The notes beneath the pieces are model-generated. The model was given only the letters and a program-made list of their open reading frames with translations, was not told where the DNA came from and made no database searches. This document shows, piece by piece, positions 59,556 to 64,000 of a stretch of 64,000 nt of DNA; the first letter of the stretch is position 1, and the number at the start of each line of letters is the position of its first letter. Both the position numbers and the translations under genes were made by a program. Origin of the DNA: Chiloscyllium plagiosum (lineage: Eukaryota); assembly GCF_004010195.1 (NCBI RefSeq), contig NC_057718.1, forward strand, positions 24,672,159 to 24,736,158, given 5' to 3'.

Positions 59556-60689
59556 TGAGTGGGAATTTCAGCAGGTTCCAAGTTAAAAAATCTAATTCTA
59601 TAAATATAATCAATAATATATCAACACTACCTTATTCATCTAAAAAAGGAAACCCTAAAAATGCGTTAACTCATTCAGAAGGTTATGATACTTACGTATT
59701 GCGTTACTTAATAAAGGAGTTAGTGAGAAGGAAAATGGAGGGCCTGAAAAACAAAAAGTAGAAAATCTCGAGGACCCTGAACTTTAGGATGGTGGTGTTT
59801 CCATTCCAGCTGAAGTCTTGGTGGCGAATGCATCACCAGTGATACTGGCAGCAATTTGAGGATTGTTAACTACATGGGGACAGGACTTCCACACCTCATT
59901 CAGGAGACTGTCCCAGTTCTCTTCCCTCAGCTGGGCCAGCAGCTGCATCATGCAGGACTGTGTCTACAATCCGTTTAATCACAAAAATGGGATTTGATAG
60001 TATGACAGAGCTCTCAAAGGCATGTGCAGTTACAAGCTGAACCTACAGACTTTTAAAAGTCTAACATTGCGTAACTATTAGTTATCATTTACCATAAATG
60101 TTATTTCTTTCCCATCTTGGCGTTACACTACTCAATGGCCCTGAAATACAGCTTGTAATTTGCTGACCAATATAGCATTCGCTTGCCAGCATTGCGCAGT
60201 CCTGGTTGTGGAATTTTAGTCAAAGCAACCATATATGGTGTTGTCTCACGTCAATGTTTTGCTCGGCTATCATAGTTTCAATGGAGTGACAGGTGATAGC
60301 AATGATAATGCAACCTGAAAGTGATAATAGCAATAATTCTGCAGTATATTTTAATCACACAACAATGCATTGAATGCAGCAATGCGATATCAATGAAAAG
60401 TGTAATGACACCGATAAACATGGCAGTGGGCGGTTGCAACTGAACCTACGCATAATAACGTATACCTGTGAATCAGTTCCAATTATCTCAACTATTTATT
60501 CATTTTAAACCAAGCTAGACTTGCATTTCCTTCTGTCATTAAAATGCTTGCTTCAATTTTCTTCTCTTCTGCAATCAAGCTGATGCTATCAATGAGCCTG
60601 ACTGCTACCTTGTAAGTTTGCAGTTTCTTGCACATGGACACTCTAGTGATAGAAAGAGTTCCAGAGCTTTCATTGGTGAAGAGTGTCTT

Positions 60690-60850
60690 TACGTCTGAGG
60701 AAGATAAGGTTTTGAATAGAAAGGGATCAAGGGTTAAGGTGGAGAAAGCAGGAGAATGGGATTGAGAAATATATCAATAATACTTGAGTGATGGAGCAAA
60801 CATGATGGACCAAATACATAATACTGCTCCTATATCTTATGGTCTTACAG
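60690..60850 (+). mobile_element. CR1-type 3' tail
   Basis: aagggatcaagggtta...ctgctcctatatcttatggtctta; inverse-related to 52574-52700. Confidence 0.6.
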
Positions 60851-62191
60851 ACTTTTAATGTCAAAAACATGCTGGAATCTGATACCAGCATCCATATTTG
60901 ATTTTTTTAATTATTTGTTGTGCCAATTCCTGTAGAGATCAATAATTTTCAAAAACTTTGAACATTTAATGTTTAGCTAAAAGAATGACCAAACACGATT
61001 TCACATTTTTAGATTTTTACTGTGATTAATAAACCAAAAGCATTCTGACTAAAAATCAAAGGTAAGCAAATCTGTAAAGAAGCACCAGGCACACACCCCC
61101 ATTATGTAAGTTTGGATTAAAATTACTGTTGTACTGATGTTGTTTGAACCAATGTTGGTCCTGCAATCCTGAAGAAATTGTCCCAGTCACTTGCTGCAAT
61201 GCAAACAGACCATTGGAACCCACAGGGAGACATCGCAAATGACTGAATGTGACCACTAGGATCATGCTAGAATGGAAAGTCAGGCCTATTGTTCCTCATC
61301 TGATCTGGATGATCTTTAGTGAGGGCTGGGACTAGGAGCAGTGCATAGATGATGGTCTGTAGATGAGATTTTTACAATGGGAAAAGGTGAGGAGGTTAAA
61401 CTGGTCATACATGAGTCAGATGTGAAGCCAAGCAAAATAGAAATGTCACCAAACCAATTTGTTCACATGAGGAGAGGTGGCAGTGGATCTGGGATCAGCT
61501 ATTCGGAGAAGCAGATTTTACCAAGACATTAGCCTCATGCTTCCCAATGTGAGGTGACAATGATCACTCACACCTCTCAATAGAAAGATTCTGAGTTAAC
61601 TGAATGATGATAGGGGTTAGAATGGCTGCAATCCAGATTGATTTCTCAGGATTCTTCCAAAAATGCAGGGCAACATTGTAGAGCCACTCCTTACTCATCT
61701 GCACCCTTGTTCTACACTGCCTCTCTCTCTCAGGCCCTTCACCACAGTCTCAGACTCTTCCTTGGTGTTCCTGCTGTGAGAAGTGGGAGCTCCCAGGAAA
61801 TTGGTGTCAAAATGAACGGGAAGGAGGAAGGAAGGGGCCTATCTAATAAAGCAACCAGCTATTCTTCAATAGTTATGTGATTGCAGGAAGTGTGACTGGC
61901 ATCCAACTTTCAGGTGCTAGTCACACTCTGCAACTCTCTGACCTTCCTGGATTTTTCCTGCATACCATACCCTGCACCAATAAATTCTCTCTCTCAAGTC
62001 ACCTTTTCACATTTCCCCCATGAACAACTGATATTGATGCACAGCCTTATTGTGAGTGCTACCTCATATCCATGTCTCGCAGTCACCTTCCACAAATATT
62101 GGCCCTCCACCAGCTCTCTACATAGGCCGTTTTTCCCACAAATAACCATCTGCTTTCTCTCGTTTTAGAAGAGACAACAGAATTGCATGCA

Positions 62192-62703
62192 GAGTGAGAG
62201 AACTAAGGGTAATGACCCATTGATAGCTGAGAGAACTAAGGTGATGTCCCATTGGTAGCTGAGAGAACTAAGGGTGATGTCCCATTGATAGCTGAGAGAA
62301 CTAAGGGTAGCATGGTGACTCAGTGGTTAGCCTCACAGCACCATGGTCCCAGGTTCGATTCTAGCCTTGGGTGACTGTCTGTGTGGAGTTTGCACATTCT
62401 CCCCATGTCTGTGTGGGTTTCCTCCAGGTGCTCTGGTTTCCTCCCACAGTCCAAAGATGTGTGGGTCAGGTGAATTGGCATGTTAAGTTGCCCATAGCAT
62501 TAGTCAGAGGGGAATGGGTCTGGGTAGGTTACTCTTTGGAGGGTCGATGTGGACTTGTTGGGCTGAAGGGCCTGTTTCCACACTGTATGGAATCTAATTT
62601 AATCAAAAAACTAAGGGTGATGTCCAATTGGTAGCTGAGAGAACTAAGAGTGATGTCCCAATGATAGCTGAGAGAATGAAGGGTGATGTCCCATTGGTAG
62701 CTA
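62192..62703. repeat. 33-bp tandem repeat (gagagaactaagggtgatgtcccattggtagct), about 6 units, split by a SINE
   Basis: Seen directly. Confidence 0.92.
62305..62608 (+). mobile_element. HE1-type V-SINE
   Basis: A/B boxes and V-domain; aactaagggt on both sides. Confidence 0.93.
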
Positions 62704-64000
62704 CCCAGACCCCTGCCTAGGAGAAGGATGGCCTGGAGACTGATTGGTGACAGAGTACATGGTCATTGCTAGCTGGGGGCTTCCAGAAGTTTTTGTGACA
62801 GCAACAGCAATTACATTGGCACCCATCAATCACTATGTTGATTTGCCATGGCAGCAACCTGAAATGTGAACATCTGCACATTGTTAATATGACTTTTTAT
62901 TAGAGCGTTGTGCTCAAGAGCAGGAATAGTAGCTATAATGTATTTGTATTGCCTGTTTTCAAAGTACTGATCTTACTGGGTTGTAGGAATGCAGATCCAC
63001 TTGCAACTAATTGGAAAAATACATTTGTTTGTCACATCATTGATGGCAGAAATGCAAGTTTTGGAATTCAGCTGTCAACAATCTCACATCTAAAACTGAA
63101 TTCCTTCCAGAGGACAGACACTGATAATGAAATATGTTAAGCTGGGTTATATACCATTTTAAAAAAGGGCATTAGACAAAAAAAAGTTAGAACATGATTC
63201 TGACTGGAATTAATTTCCTCCATGTTTGCCTATCGGTGCAAATGTACGTTTGCTGTCACAACAAGCAGTATATAGAGGATAATCTTCTGTGGTTGATAGC
63301 AAAACAACAAACTATTCTATGAATAATTTGTATTAATGCAGGATCGACAATATTGGAAACAATCTAAAGAATACTGTAGCAGGTATGAGACACAGACATG
63401 ATAGCAAGCAAGGAAAGATTGAAAAAAGATTGCCAAATTCTTTTTTAAAGAGGTGGATTTTATTCAGGATTCTTACCGAGGACAGGTGAAAAGGCACACA
63501 TGTTTAGAGGATGCTGTAAATAGCAAACACAATGTGGGTGAAGAATCTATCACCAGTGAGGGGTGAAGTTAGTGAGAAGGAGAGGGGAGTTTGATGTATA
63601 TAGTCTCAGTCAGAATACCAGCCTATGGAAATCTCCTTTGCTTGTGTTAACTAAATGGGGATGAGAGGAAGTCATTCATACAAGGCGATCTTTTTTTCAA
63701 ATATCACAGTAGTGGCTTTTGTTTACCTACAAGGAAAACAACTTGACTGATTTTTTCGACAATTTAATCAGCCAAACAAAGACATCAAGCTCTGCCAGTA
63801 AATTATATCTTCAGTGCAAAACAAAGCCATAAACAGCAAACAATCTCCAATGTAGACAAAAAATAATATGTCCACATATTGCAGATGTAGGTTAATAGTT
63901 CCTGCGCTATCTCCATACCAAACATAACTGAAATATTGTTGATTCCATGCTGTAGCTACCTAGGTCATGACCCAATTCCCAATGAGGTCAGGCTGTCTTT

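Noticed and set aside
61230..62170. Possible additional Harbinger-like remnants (also 16350-17590)
   Set aside because: Too decayed to support by manual translation
62192..62703. CRISPR-like 33-bp repeats
   Set aside because: Contiguous tandem units with no unique spacers, no cas genes, eukaryotic context

Overview
Eukaryotic, repeat-dense vertebrate DNA. The repeat families (V-SINE/HE1-type SINEs, HER1/CR1 LINEs, Penelope-like elements) point to a shark genome; this is inferred from repeat content only. The only host coding sequence I can support is one 51-bp minus-strand exon (50389-50439) encoding (G)ADIVQWLLKNLNIEDQ, part of the DEP domain of an R7-family RGS protein (RGS7, or its paralogue RGS6). 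The rest of the window therefore appears to be two very large introns of that gene, and nearly all listed ORFs are decayed transposon fragments: CR1, L1, Tx1, Rex1/Babar, Penelope-like RT/GIY-YIG, solo LTRs and a Harbinger remnant. Most notable observations: (1) minimal hammerhead-ribozyme motifs in Penelope pLTRs and in short palindromic non-autonomous elements; (2) a single-ORF LINE with a tRNA-like Pol III head, plus a SINE sharing both its head and tail; (3) a minisatellite built from a SINE A-box; (4) an in-frame ORF1-ORF2 Tx1 fusion; (5) an insertion with serial poly(A) tracts suggesting 3' transduction; (6) direct and inverted repeats bracketing the RGS exon; (7) candidate intronic promoter and alternative first exons. 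Repeat boundaries were read by eye and are approximate.
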